DNA of 64,000 bases from Isurus oxyrinchus. Taxonomy: Eukaryota. Both the position numbers and the translations under genes were made by a program. Each line of letters opens with the position of its first letter. Position 1 is the stretch's first letter. The stretch is from NCBI GenBank assembly GCA_026770705.1, contig JANJGN010000150.1, positions 682,001 to 746,000 of the forward strand. Direction: 5' to 3'. Below are positions 37,310-50,755 of the stretch, piece by piece. The notes under the pieces are model-generated. The model was given only the letters and a program-made list of their open reading frames with translations, searched no databases and was not told the DNA's origin.

Positions 37310-38152
37310 AGAGCTTCCTACAACTTAACTAACTGACCAAAGATGTATTGAACTGTCTAAAAGTGACCTGTTTTGCAAAGAAATACAAGATTGTACACAG
37401 ATCAAAAATGGCTGACACAAGTCACCTGATTGCTGATACTGTGAAGTTGATCACTTCTCTGGAAAGGTTCAAATGAATTGCACTGCAGACCTGTTGCATG
37501 GAAGGTCACGCCTGGGGTGTGTCAGGGTTCACTGCAAACAGGGACACTCTTAAAAGGAAGGCATTAAAATGCAAAGTGCTGGACTTTGAACAGCTGTAGT
37601 TCTATCAAAACAGTGGGAACTGCTCACCAAGCGGATAATCATCAGCCATTCAAAACCCCCTGTGGAGGATGCAATACCCGCATCTCCTGTTGATTTATAT
37701 CTTGAAATGCATCAAATGTTTTGGAGATGCAAAGATAAAAAACGTGAATACTTGGCCTTTAACAATGAATGCAAAACATGCTGATTGAATTCCCTTCAGG
37801 AATATACAGACAGGAGTTTAACAAATGGTTCTGCCAAGCAGATATAAGAGAAAGGAGGAGGAAAAAGAAATATGGCAGTCATCTAAAAACCCTGCTAGAA
37901 AAGAACAGAAATGATTTCTCCCTCTATCCCTGTCTCTCTCTCTCTCTCTCTCGCACCTTCTTTCTCTCTGTCTGTCTGAAGCTAACAGAGTGTCTTCAAT
38001 AATGTGCAAGTCTGAGCCAGATGAAATACAGGATTCTACAGCAAACCAACTAATTTAAAACAGCTTCAAACTTCACAAACTATGCTGCAGTATAATAACT
38101 CTTTGAATTTTTTTTAATTGGGCTCCATAATTATTTTACCTCTGATATCTGT

Positions 38153-38188
<36 letters not shown>

Positions 38189-40790
38189 TACCTTCCTGTG
38201 TGAGCGTGTGTGTGTGTCTGTGCCTGTCTGTGTGTGGGTGTCAGTGTGGTGTGTGTCTGTGCTTGTCTGTGTTTGTGTGCGTTTGTGTGTGTATGCGTGT
38301 GCACCTGTGTGTCTGTGTGTGTGGGCCTGCGTGTGAGTGTGTGTATGTGTGCTTGTGTGTGAGCGTGTGTATGACTTGTTAAGGAAATTGCATTTGGGGG
38401 AAACTATATTTTAAACCCTTTTTGCAACCAAGCATGGGGGTTGAATAGAAAGGGAGCCAGTTCACTCCCCGTCAACCAGTTGTAACAACATTCACACACA
38501 CACACACTCTCACACACACACACTCTCACACACACACTCTCACACACACACACTCACACATACCCACATACCCACACACAAACACACACAAACAAAGATA
38601 ATGTCCCAATGTCAGGAAACTGCGACTGAGTGACAACATGTCAGGAATATATAATAATCTCCATAATGTTATTGGAATTTATTGTAAAATAGAGTCCATG
38701 TGTCTGTGTCCACATGTGTCTGTGATGTGTTTGTGTGAGACTTATTGGAATTAGAGGAAGCCGGTCTGGGTGTTTTGATGGAAGAAGAGAAGTTAGGTTT
38801 GAACTGTTTATTAGGTAAACATGGGGAAGTTTTAGAATGTGAAGTGTAAAGGGGGCAATTTGCATTTTAAATTAAACCAAACGAGATTGTTTTCAAAGAA
38901 GGAGAGAAATGTGTCACCCAGCCAGGTGAAGATAAGAAACAGTGTGTTTATTTTTGCCAAAGATTACTGGTAAAACTTAGGGCTATGAGAGATTTGTATT
39001 ATTACAAAGATAAAGTCCAAAGACATAGTGAAACAATGGGAATTTGCATTCAAAGGGGAAAATATGTATCAAGGAGTGAAGGCTGTGTGTAAGGGTCGGT
39101 GTTTTTAAGATCTTACAATGATGAAAAGCCTTCAGCCTGCATGTACCAAGCTGCTGCCTCCAGGGACTGAAGTTAAGAGAATTCACTTTGAACTCAACTG
39201 TTCAGCGTATCGTTTACTGTTCCTGGGACATTTAAAATCTCTGTGTTTTACTGTTGCCTTAACAGAGATAACAGAGCGTCTTCAACAAATCTGAATCAAA
39301 TAACCACCAGGATGCCACAGGTAACCAATTAACTTTGAACAGCTGCAAACTTCAGCAATCTACGCCTCAAAGACAAGCAAAGGTATTAATCATATATTCT
39401 TTCAAATTTTTGTCGGACACTAATTTTTAATTCTGACGTGTGTAAATGGAAGTTAAATTACTTAAGGGATTTAGAAGTTATTATAGTAGTAATTTATAGA
39501 CAGATGTGTATGCTTAAAAATCATTTTTTCTTGTTAATCAATGTTTAATCTAGTTTTATAAAATCCTCTTACACCGAAAAAAGGGTGAACTCTATTGTAA
39601 AGTGTTCTGGGACATCCAGAGACCATACTGTACAGAAGAGATTTGACAGGAGCAGCAAGTGTTTTACTTACAGGAGAATGAGTCCCCAGGGTTGTAGAGT
39701 CAATCCTGTCAGATGAATGACTAACTGGAGACACTTCAGGGAGCTGATCTAATTCTGGAAATGTTCAGTTTACCAGGATCGGAGGAGAGATGATCTCCCT
39801 CTCCTGACTGCATCAGACAAGTGGTGAACCTGTTGAGGTGAACAGAATTACCTGTTAAACCTCTTAACCTCATTACTACTGAATTCAAAGCTCACATCTC
39901 AAATCATACAAGTTGGAAATTAGTTGTGACAGTTGTTTCAAGTTTCCCTCCAGGATTTGAACAGCTCAGCATTTACCATCTGTTATGTCATAACAGAGCT
40001 TCCTTCAACTTAGCCAATGAGCCAAAAATGTATTGAACTGTTTAAAGGAGACCTGTTTTTCAAAAGTACAAGATTAGGCTCTGATCAAAAATGGCTGTCA
40101 CGAGTCACCTGATTGCTGATACTGCAAACTTGATCACTTCTCTGGAAAGCTTCAAATGAATTGCATTACAGACATGTTGCATGAAAGTTCTCACTGAGAT
40201 GTGTCAGGGTCCACTTAAAACAGGGGCTCCCTTAAAAATGCAAAGTGCTGGGCTTTGATCACTGTAGGTCTATCAAGGTAATGGGAACTGCTCACTATGC
40301 AGATATTCATCAATCATTCAAAACCCCTTGTGGAGCATGAAATGTCTCCGTCTCCTGTTGATTTATATCTTGAAATGCATCAAATGTTTCAGAGATGCAA
40401 AGATCAAAAAATGGGATTACTTGGCCTATAACAATGAATGCAAGACATGCTGATCAAATTCCCTTTGGGAATATACAGACAGGAATTTAACAACAGGTTC
40501 TGTCAAGCAGATATAAGAGAAAGTAGGAGGAAAAGGAAAGATGGCAGTCACCCAAAAACACTGCTGGAAAAGAGCAGAAATTCTCTCTCTCTCTCTCTCT
40601 CTTTCTGAAGCTAACAGAGCATCTTCAACAAGTCCAAATCTGAATCAAATCACCACAAGGATGCCACAGGAAACCAATCAACTTTGCAAACTTCAACAAT
40701 CTACACCTCGAAGACAAGCAAAGCTATCAATCATATATTCATTTAAATTTTTATTGGACTCTAACTTTTTATTTCTGACATGTGTGTGTG
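37310..40790. mobile_element. Cluster of LTR-like relics: direct repeats about 37310-38130 and 39996-40780, plus related fragments at 38640-39560
   Basis: Shared blocks such as gatcaaaaatggctg..caagtcacctgattgctgatactg; no coding remnants seen. Confidence 0.45.
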
Positions 40791-41267
40791 TGTGTGGCTG
40801 TCTCTCTGCCTGCCTGTGTGAGTATGAGTGTGTCTGCCTGCGCGAGTGTGTGTCAGTGTGAACATATGTGAGTGTGTGTGTGTGTCTGAGTGAGTCTATN
40901 NNNNNNNNNNNNNNNNNNNNNNNNNNNNNNNNNNNNNNNNNNNNNNNNNNNNNNNNNNNNNNNNNNNNNNNNNNNNNNNNNNNNNNNNNNNNNNNNNNNN
41001 NNNNNNNNNNNNNNNNNNNNNNNNNNNNNNNNNNNNNNNNNNNNNNNNNNNNNNNNTATTGTTGCATCTTAATTATTAACGTTATTTAAAAATAGTGATC
41101 ACACAAGCCTGGTTTCTAAGGAAATGAAACTGCCAACAATTTACAGTAAAGTGAAACGTACAGGAATAATCTATTTATTTTGAGCTGATGATATATAATT
41201 ATACATGAGGCATGTTGTTAATTTCAAACATCATCTGAAATATGGCAGGTCTGACAGAGCAGCTTTC

Positions 41268-41478
41268 CCTCAGCGCTCACCCTCCGACAGTGCAGCACTC
41301 CCTCAGTACTGACCCTCTGACAGTGCAGCACTCCCTCAGTACTGACCCTCCGACAGTTCAGCACTGTCTCAGTACTGACCCTTTGATCGAGCAGGGTCTC
41401 CCTCAGTACTGACCTCCTAACAGTGCAGCACTCCCTCAGTACTCACCCTCTGACAGTGCAGCACTCCCTCAGCACTCC
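41268..41478. repeat. 33-bp minisatellite
   Basis: Same unit, reverse orientation. Confidence 0.85.
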
Positions 41479-42039
41479 CTCACTGGGGACAGTCCATCTG
41501 GTTTTGAGCTGTAACCTTGAGATGGTTTGAAAACCCCAACCTTCTGTCTTGGAGAGAGAGAGAGTGAGTGCGTGTGTGAGAAAGAGAGACAATGTATGTG
41601 TGAGATAGTGATAGTGCGTATGTGTGCGAGAGAGAAGGATAGAGAGAAAGAGAAAATGTGTGAGAGAGCAAAAGAGTGTGTGTGCATGAGAGAGGGAGGT
41701 AGCTTAATTGTGGAGAGAGAGAGGGTGTGTGAGAGAAAGGGAATGTTTGTGTTAGAGAGATAGCTTATGTGTGAGAGAGAAAGATAGAGAGAGAATCTGT
41801 GTGTGTTAGATAGTGTGTGTGTGAAAGAGAGAGTGTGTATGTGAGAGAGCGTGTGCGTGAGAGCGTGTGTGTGTGTGTGTTTGAGAGGGTGTATGTGTTT
41901 GAGAGAGGGAGTGTGCGAGAGAGGGTGTGCGTGTTTGAGAGGGAGTGTGTGTGTTTAAGAGAATGAACGAGAGAAAATGTGTGTATGTGTATGTGTGTGT
42001 GTGTGCGTAAGTGTGTGTATGTGTGTGTGTGTGTGCATT

Positions 42040-42468
42040 CTGACTGAGCCGAGTTTACAGTTTCACACGTTGCTAGGGACCACTTTTCCGCCTCTCTGTC
42101 AGACTGCGTGTATCTGACAGCAGGTCAGGCAGGAATAGTCCAGAATGCGCTGTGGTTTTGTAGCATTGAAACAACGACATGAACTAAATGAGTGCTGCAC
42201 CAAATAAAGACATGGAGTGACCACACCAAAAAACCACGTGACTTCCCCAGTTTCACATCTCCCTCAAACACAGAAAAACTGGGTTAACACTGACCCTCCT
42301 CCCAGAGCCAGTTCACCTCGTGTCCGATGCAGTCAGGAGAGGAAGATCATCTCTCCTCCGATCCTGCTAAACTGAACATTTCCAGAATTAGATCAGCTCC
42401 CTGAAGTGTCTCCAGTTAGACATTCATCTGACAGGATTGACTCTACAACCCTGGGGACTCATTCTCCT
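42040..42468 (+). promoter_or_regulatory. Candidate promoter and non-coding first exon of gene B
   Basis: Cluster of TGTGGT/ACCAC (RUNX), CACGTG, ACTTCCCC (Ets/PU.1) and AGTTTCAC (IRF half-site) at 42055-42260; donor cct|GTAAGT at 42469. Confidence 0.35.
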
Positions 42469-42509
42469 GTAAGTAAAACACTTGCTGCTCCTGTCAAATC
42501 TCTTCTGTA

Positions 42510-42790
42510 CAGCATGGTCTCTGGATGTCCCAGAACACTTTACAGTTGAGTTCACCCTTTTTTCGAAGTGTGGTTACTGTTGTAATGTAGGAAACGCAGC
42601 AGCCAATTAGCCCACAGCAAGCTCCCACAAACAGCAATGTGATCATCTGTTTTTGGTGATGTTGGTTGAGGGATAAATATTGGTGCCAGGACACCGGGGA
42701 GATCTCCCCCCTGCTCTTCCTCCAAATAGTGGCTGTGGGATCTTTCACACCCGCCCGAGAGGGCAGACGGGGGACTCGGTTTAGTGTCTA
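42510..42790 (-). mobile_element. Deu-domain SINE (SacSINE1-like)
   Basis: Reverse complement of the SINE body seen at 54180-54475. Confidence 0.65.
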
Positions 42791-43554
42791 ATATTGGACT
42801 AATCTCCAGGCGAGGTTGGCTGGATGGATTATTGACAAGGTCCATTCACCCTGTAAAGAGTTTCTCTGGTTTGAAATCCCCAATCAAACATCGAGTTCTG
42901 TGTCTAAACCTTGTGTTGAAAAGACACCTTTCCAGCTCTTCACCTGCCATTAGCTTGTTGAGTCTTCACACGCTCCGTCTGTCCGTGACCAACCCCTCTT
43001 AGCTCATCCTTTCCTTGTCGTACATTGAGCTGTTCATCCTGACGGGTTCCCTCCTTCCCAGTAACACTCCATCTCCGACATCAAACTAACTCCCAACACG
43101 TTGATGAATTGTATGGATTCCAGCGTCAGTTGGTTCTGTCTGAGGCTGTTTCTCTGATCGGGGACCGAGCTGTTCTGAATGGACATTGTGTTCAGCAGTT
43201 CTTATTGCAGATCAGACTGTTCAACCAATGCTGCTGTTCACTGAGGTGACTCCGATTCTACATTCACACATTAATGATCTCATGTCCAGCAGCAAACATC
43301 TGAATGAAGCCAGGTTCAAGAAAAAACCCAGCTGCTTGATCCGACAGTTATCTGTTCAGGCATGGCCCCTTGTTCCAAATAACAAACATTATTTAAAAAT
43401 AGTCATCACATGAGCCTGGTTAACAAGGAAATGAAACCATGAACAATTTGCAGTGAAGTGAAACGTACAGGACTAATCTATTTATATTGAGCTGATGATA
43501 TAGAATGTTACACGAGGCATGTTGCTAATTTCAAACATCATCTGAATTACGACA

Positions 43555-44118
43555 GTTCTGACAGTGCAGCACTCCCTCAGTACTGACCCTCCGACAGTGC
43601 AGCACTCCCTCAGTACTGACCCTCCGACAGTGCAGCACTCCCTCAATACTGACCCTCCAACAGTGCAGCACTCCCTCAGTACTGACCCTCTGACAGTGCA
43701 GCACTCCCTCAGTACTGACCCTCTGACAGTGCAGCACTCCCTCACTACTGACCCTCTGACAGTGCAGCACTCCCTCAGTACTGACCCTCTGACAGTGCAG
43801 CACTACCTCAGTACTGACCCTCTGACAGTGCAGCACTCCCTCAATACTGACCCTCCAACAGTGCAGCACTCCCTCAGTACTGACCCTCTGACAGTGCAGC
43901 ACTCCCTCAGTACTGACCCTCTGACAGTGCAGCACTCCCTCAGTACTGACCCTCTGACAGTGCAGCACTCCCTCAGTACTGACCCTCTGACAGTGCAGCA
44001 CTCCCTCACTACTGACCCTCTGACAGCGCAGCACTACCTCAGTACTGACCCTCTGACAGTGCAGCACTCCCTCAGTACTGACCCTCTGACAGTGCAGCAC
44101 ACCCTCAGTACTCCCTCA
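43555..44118. repeat. 33-bp minisatellite, about 17 units
   Basis: Same unit, reverse orientation. Confidence 0.9.
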
Positions 44119-45069
44119 CTGGGGAGAATCTGCCTGGGTTTTGAGCAGAAATCATGAGCACGTCTTAAAACCACAACCTCCCGTATTAGAGAGAGTGTGT
44201 CTGAGAGAGAGAGAGAGCGAGAGAGACAGAGAGAGTCTGTGAGAGAGAAAAAGAGTTAGAAAGAGTGTGTACNNNNNNNNNNNNNNNNNNNNNNNNNNNN
44301 NNNNNNNNNNNNNNNNNNNNNNNNNNNNNNNNNNNNNNNNNNNNNNNNNNNNNNNNNNNNNNNNNNNNNNNNNNNNNNNNNNNNNNNNNNNNNNNNNNNN
44401 NNGGGAGAGATTGTGCGTATCAGAGAGAGTGTGTGTGTGTGTGAGGGAGGATGTGTGTGTGAGGGAGAGTGTGTGTGTGTGAGAGAGATTCTGTGTCTGT
44501 GAGGGAGAGATTGTGCGTATCAGAGAGAGTGTGTGTGTGTGTGAGGGAGAGATTGTGCGTATCAGAGAGTGTGTTTGTGNNNNNNNNNNNNNNNNNNNNN
44601 NNNNNNNNNNNNNNNNNNNNNNNNNNNNNNNNNNNNNNNNNNNNNNNNNNNNNNNNNNNNNNNNNNNNNNNNNNNNNNNNNNNNNNNNNNNNNNNNNNNN
44701 NNNNNNNNNNNNNNNNNNNNNNNNNNNNNNNNNNNNNNNNNNNNNNNNNNNNNNNNNNNNNNNNNNNNNNNNNNNNNNNNNNNNNNNNNNNNNNNNNNNN
44801 NNNNNNNNNNNNNNNNNNNNNNNNNNNNNNNNNNNNNNNNNNNNNNNNNNNNNNNNNNNNNNNNNNNNNNNNNNNNNNNNNNNNNNNNNNNNNNNNNNNN
44901 NNNNNNNNNNNNNNNNNNNNNNNNNTGTGAGGGAGNNNNNNNNNNNNNNNNNNNNNNNNNNNNNNNNNNNNNNNNNNNNNNNNNNNNNNNNNNNNNNNNN
45001 NNNNNNNNNNNNNNNNNNNNNNNNNNNNNNNNNNNNNNNNNNNNNNNNNNNNNNNNNNNNNNNNNNNNN

Positions 45070-45900
45070 NGGGAGAGAGTGCATGAGAGTGAGAAAGAGG
45101 GAGACAGCAGAAGAGAAAGATAGAGAGAGAATGTATGTGTGTGAGAGAGAGAGAATGTGTGAGTGTGAGAGAGAGAGAGATAGAGCAGAAGAGTGCGATA
45201 GAGAGAGATTGTGAGTGTTAGAGAGAGAACGTGTGTTTGTGTGAGAGAGAAAGATCGAGCAGAAGAGTGTGATAGAGAGAGATTGTGTTTGTGAGAGAGA
45301 GAGAGAGAGCAGAAGAGTGCATTTGAGAGAGATTGTGAGTGTTAGAGAGAGAAGGTGTGTGTGTGAGAGAGAGAGAGCAGAAGAGAGCGATAGAGAGAGA
45401 TTGTGAGTGTTAGAGAGAGAATGTGTGTGTGTGTGAGAGAGATAGAGCAGAAGAGTGTGATAGAGAGAGATTGTGAGTGTTAGAGAGAGAATGTGTGTGT
45501 GTGAGAGAGAGAGATAGAGCAGAAGAGTGCATTTGAGAGAGATTGTGAGTGTTAGAGAGAGAATGTGTGTGTGTGAGAGAGAGATAGAGCAGAAGAGTGT
45601 GATAGAGAGAGATTGTGAGTGTTAGAGAGAGAATGTGTGTGTGTGAGAGAGAGATAGAGCAGAAGAGTGTGATAGAGAGAGATTGTGAGTGTTAGAGAGA
45701 GAATGTGTGTGTGTGAGAGAGAGAGAGAGAGCAGAAGAGTGTGATAGAGAGAGACTGTGAGTGTTAGAGAGAGAATGTGTGTGTGAGAGAGAGAGAGAGA
45801 GAGCAGAAGAGTGTGATAGAGAGAGACTGTGAGTGTTAGAGAGAGAATGTGTGTGAGAGAGAGAGAGATAGAGCAGAAGAGTGCGATAGAGAGAGATTGT
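45070..45900. repeat. Compound GA/GT minisatellite, unit of about 70 bp
   Basis: Recurrent gagcagaagagtgtgatagagagagattgtgagtgttagagagagaatgtgtg. Confidence 0.85.
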
Positions 45901-46167
45901 GAGGACTAAACTCACTGAGAGAAAAAGCTGGACACCCAGCACAGGGAGTGAGGGAACAATGAATTTTTGCCCTGTTTGGTGAATCGGTTTGCGATGTCCC
46001 TTATCAATCTCTCCTTCCTTGTCTTGACATTAGTTTATTCCCTGGTGCTGTTTAACTCACTGAAAGGTGCCATTTAACCACAAGTTGTTGTTTGAGGAAG
46101 AAACGCTGGGGACAATTTCTGAAAAAGTCTCTGTCTTTATCATTTCCATTTAGATGAGGAACTGAAG

Positions 46168-46213
46168 ATGGGAGAGGTCGGTCTGATATTGATCTTCATC
46201 AGCTTGCTGCAAG
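46168..46213 (+). CDS. Gene B (MAG-like Siglec), leader exon (MGEVGLILIFISLLQ)
   Basis: tttAG acceptor at 46153, aagATGg context, phase-1 donor caag|GTacaa; ends SLLQ like the gene A leader. Confidence 0.75.
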
Positions 46214-46539
46214 GTACAAATTCATTACTGATCGGAACTCAGGGAATTGGATTCTTTCCTGGAGTGAGGAAGTGAACATTTAATTTTAGAGAACAGGGTT
46301 AGTGATCACACAGAGAGTGAGTGATTAGCGAGTCAGAGAATATAGCAAAAGAAAAAGCCTCATACGGACTCGAAACACCAACTCTGTTTCTCTCTCCACA
46401 GATGCTGTCAGACCTGCTGAGTTTTTCCAGCATTTTCTGTTTGTGCATCAGAGAGCTTGTTTCAATAGGAATGACAGTGCATTTATACAGCACCTTTAAT
46501 GCAGTAAAACATCCTTATTGCTTCACAGGATTCCCCCAC

Positions 46540-46960
46540 AAGGGGTAACATCCCCTCAGCATCCACCCTGTCAAACCCCCCACCACCTCAGAATCTTATA
46601 TGTTTCAATAAGATCACCTCTCATTCTTCTAAACTCCAATGGATACAGGGCCCAACCTGCTCAACATTTCCTCATAAGACAAACCCCCTTCATCCCAGGA
46701 ATCAGCCCAGTGAACCTCCTCTGAACTGCCTCCAATGCAGAGTCTATCCCTCCCTAAGTAAGGAGACCAGAACTGTACACACTGCTCCTGATACAATCTC
46801 ACCAACGCCCTGTACAGTTGTAGCAAGACTTCCCTCCTTTTATACTCCATCCCTTTGCAATAAAGGCCAACATTCCACTTGCCTTCCTCATTCCGTGGTG
46901 TTCCTGAATGCTGACTTTCTGTGATTCATGTACAAGGACACCCAGATCCCTCTGTACCGC
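46540..46960 (-). mobile_element. CR1 LINE 3' fragment
   Basis: EYKRREVLLQLYRALVR..CVQFWSPY motif. Confidence 0.8.
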
Positions 46961-47033
46961 ATTCTGCTGACTCTCTCCATTGAAGTAATATTCTGCTTTT
47001 TGATGTCCTGTCTCTTCCCTTGTTGCCTTTCAG

Positions 47034-47335
47034 GAGTGACGTCAGAGGGATGGTCTATGAAGGTGCTGCCTCGGAGGGCCATCAGCAGCTCTTGTGTGGT
47101 TATTCCGTGTAGCTTTGACTTTCCTTCCCACTCTTACACAGCACTGCACGGAGCTTGGTATAAATATTGGTATAGATGGAAATATACCACCACATACACC
47201 AAAGATCCCAATTATGGGGTGGCCACATTCGTGGGACGTGCTAAAATAATCGGCGACTTGGAAGGGAAGAATTGTTTGGTGAGGATTGACAGTCTCAGAG
47301 CTGAAGACAGTGACGTGTATTGCACCCAATTCTAA
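47034..47335 (+). pseudogene. Gene B, truncated MAG-like V-set exon
   Basis: tttcAG acceptor, phase 1; SCVVIPCSFDFP, HGAWY, GDLEGKNCL, EDSDVY, then TAA before the F-strand Arg; no further Ig exons found. Confidence 0.8.
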
Positions 47336-47722
47336 ATCTTTTCACCAATTAGTCGTCCTCATGAAGATGTGTTTTCAGCTGAAGCCGTGGGTAATAATGC
47401 AGAGGTTTAAGTTTAACTCCAGAGTAAGGGCCCAGGGAGAGTCCATCGCAACCTATACACTGAAGTGGAAGCAGGTGACTGAGCACTGGGACCTCGGAGA
47501 CACACTCAATGACATGTTGCGGGGCCGATTGGTTTGTGTCGTTCACCCCAACGCCATTCAGAGCCGTTTACTCGCAGAAGCCGACATCGATTTGAAGCGC
47601 ACCATGGAAATAGCGCCAGGCATGGAAAGTGCTGGGAGAGACTGGCGGGATTTACAGGATGTACAACATGGCACCAGTCCTCAGCTGGGACAGGAACCAA
47701 CCACCGGGCGTGAGGCTCAAAC

Positions 47723-47755
<33 letters not shown>

Positions 47756-48420
47756 CCGCCAAGCGAGAGACAGTCTCTGCCGCTCCAGAAACTAAAAGGC
47801 TTCGTGGGAGTATTTCAGCAGCAACTCTGAAGTTGGCCTGTTCTCGATGTGGGGGGGAGTGAGCTCGTACCGGACACCTGCAGGTTCAAGGGGGCAGAAT
47901 GCCATCACTGCCACAAGAAAGGGGCGGGTAATAAAGCAATGCAGGGTGAAATCGAGACAGCCCATCAGGCAGTGCACCAACATGATGGAAGTGAATAATA
48001 TCACAGAGCCTGAAGCTGCTGATACCGATGTCTATTCCCTGTCCAATGTCACAGTGGTAAAAACTGAACCTATAACCATCACAACCCAAGTGAATGGGCA
48101 GCCACTAGTAATGGGGCAGATACGGGAGCCTCAGACACAGTGGTGGAAGAGCCCACATTTAAACAGCTAAATGAAGGAACCCAGACGCTGAATTTAGAGC
48201 AAACAATGGATCAGCTGAAGACACACACTGGAGAATCCATACAGGGAAAGGACCTGGTCCCAGTACCTGTGTCCTACAGGCAGCAGACAGCCCAGCTTCC
48301 AGTGATCATAGCGACAGGTGAGGGCCCTAGTCTTCTGGGCCGAGACTGGTTCCAGAAAACCAAGCTCAGCTGCTCTGAAATGTTTCACTGGAGGAGTTGC
48401 TGAGTTGCTGGGGGAATATG
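47325..48420 (+). mobile_element. Degenerate Ty3/Gypsy gag-protease relic
   Basis: QRFKFNSR..GESIA..LNDMLRGRLVC..IQSRLLAE (gag); CSRCG knuckle remnant; DTGAS at 48119; LLGRDW; frameshifted, no RT. Confidence 0.8.
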
Positions 48421-48694
48421 AGAGTGTATCTCGGAATGAGTTTGAAGAATTGAAGCATCCTCACAGGCTGCAAGTGTCCCTCAGGTCAGAGTTGGTTCCA
48501 CTGGAAAATCCTGAAGAGAAAGAAAGCGAATTCTGTGCCGCTCTGAGCAAACTGAAGAAACAGTTGGCAGGGAAGACCCAACCATGTCCAATGTTCCAGG
48601 AGGAAGGCAAGAGATACAAGGAAGAGACTGAAGAGCTGAAGATTCAGCTGAATGAAACCAAAGAGGCAGTTACAGTATCACAACAAGTTTACAG

Positions 48695-48848
48695 TGCAGA
48701 AGGAGGCCATTCAGCCCCTTGAGCCTGTTACACAGGAACAGGAGGAGGCCCATTCAGCCCCATTGAGCCTGTTACACAGAAAAAGGACGAGGCCCATTCA
48801 GCCACTGATGCCCATTACACAGGAACAGGAGGAGGCCATTCAGCCCCT
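48695..48848. repeat. Tandem repeat of about 42 bp, about 4 copies
   Basis: acacaggaacaggaggaggccattcagcccc recurs. Confidence 0.75.
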
Positions 48849-50079
48849 TGTAGGGTGTGGTGGTGTGTGTCAGCTTCACCTGCGACTTCTGAGCCGTCTG
48901 AATCGCTCCCACTCCCTGGGTTCTAGACCTTGGACTTATTCGGGGCTTGTCACAAAGTGCAGCAGACAACTGGTTTTGGTGCAAGACAAAAACTGAGTTT
49001 ATTGAAGTCACAAATGAACTTCTAACATTAGGATGACACTGAGATTATACAGACTTACAAAGTACACTGAGTTAAGAATGGGGAACACACGGCATAACGA
49101 GGGAGAATCACGCTACTAATGCCCTTACCCTTGTCCCACCGCCCATCCCTAACTAAATTGCACTAGGAGAGGTCAGGGGTCACGCTCACCAACCCAGGGT
49201 TCCTTGACAGGTGGAAATCCAGCCAGGTAAGCCGGTTGCAGTTTTGGGGGACGCTCTTAGTGTCCTCTGGGGCCTGTCATCCCCACGTGGTCCTGGTCTG
49301 TGGAATCTGTGAAGGGTCTTCAGTTGGGTGGAGGGCGCGGTTGTGGGTGGTCGATCTTCATGGAGGGCAGCGGTTGTGGCCTTGTTGTCTTCGGTTGAGC
49401 CTGCTACCCCGTGCCCCTCACCGTGATGTTGCCTGTGGGCCTGCAAACCTCCAGATCTCCTTGCTTAAACTCTGTTTCAACCGCTCCCAACTGCTCACTG
49501 CCCTGTGTCAGCTTTCAACACTGCAACCCTTCTGCTGGCTGGTTTCTCTCCCAACTGACTGCCCAGTTATACTGCCTTTCGAGTTTCTTATCGCAATCCA
49601 AATCAATGTTCGTTCTTTGTTTGTCTTTGGTGGGCTTCCCCAGGTGATTGATGTCTCGTTGTTGTTAATGGGCTCGCATGATGTTTATCATTGTCTTCCT
49701 GCCCAGTAACTAGTTTTGAACTGAAAGCCATTGTATGTGTGGAGTATTGATGGCTTCGCATAATTAAATTGCCGGCCTCAGAAGTTAGGAGCGATTATTG
49801 ATGCAAGATTTAGATGGGCTTCAGTTGCGTGTGAAGTGAAGTCTTTCTCTGGGTTGATTGTATTAAAGGGAAGAATGCGTATTCTGTCTCCTCTCGTTGT
49901 CTGGTTTCAGGCCAAACATTCCACACTGCTCTCAATAAGCCCGGACATGTGCAGCCCCAGGCCTTCATGGGCCCAGCCTCCTGTCTGCAGGGTTTTCCAC
50001 TTAACTCAGCAGTTTAAAGGTGCAAAAGTGATATCCTTGTTGATGATATGGAAAATGTGGGAATTTTGAGAACCCTTCA
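48849..50079. mobile_element. Possible solo LTR
   Basis: TGTAGGGT...ACCCTTCA inverted termini; minus-strand AATAAA near 49000; no clear target duplication. Confidence 0.35.
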
Positions 50080-50399
50080 AGAGATAGGGAGGGTTACAGG
50101 GGCTGGAGGAGGTTACAGGTATAGGGAGGGGTGTAGGGGTTGAAGGTGGTTACAGAGATGGGGAGGATTGTAGAGGCAGGTGGAGGCTGCCTTAGGGAGG
50201 GTTGTAGGGGCTGGAGGAAAGGGACAGAGAGAGGAGGTTACAGATATAGGGAGGGAGACAGTCAGAGAGAGAGCCTCCAGGAGATAGAGAGCGATAGAGA
50301 GATTGAGAGACAGACAGAGACTGAGAGAGGGAGAAGAGAGAAGGAGAGTGAGAGAGAGACAGAACAAGTGTGAAAGATGGTGGAAGGGAAGAGTGGGGA

Positions 50400-50755
50400 G
50401 GTGTTGGCCTGATGGTATTTTCACTGGACCAGTAATCCAGAGACCCAGTGTAATGCTCCTGGGACCCTGGTTAGAATCTCACCACAGCAGTTGGTGGAAT
50501 TTGAACTCAATAAAAACCTGGAATTAAAAGTCCGATGATGACCAGGAAACCATTGCTGATTCTTGTATATGGGTCACAAATGCCCTTTAGGGAGGGAAAT
50601 CTGCTGTCCTTACCTGGTCTGGCCTACATGTGACTCCAGACCCACAGCAATGTGGTTCACTTTTAAAAAGTGGCCTCTGAACAAGGGCAATTAGGGTTGG
50701 GCAATAAATGCTGGCCTGGGCAGTGATGTCCACATCACATGAAAGAATGAAATAA
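50400..50755 (+). mobile_element. HE1-like SINE
   Basis: tRNA-like head, body ggcctacatgtgactccagacccacagcaatgtgg, LINE-shared tail. Confidence 0.7.
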
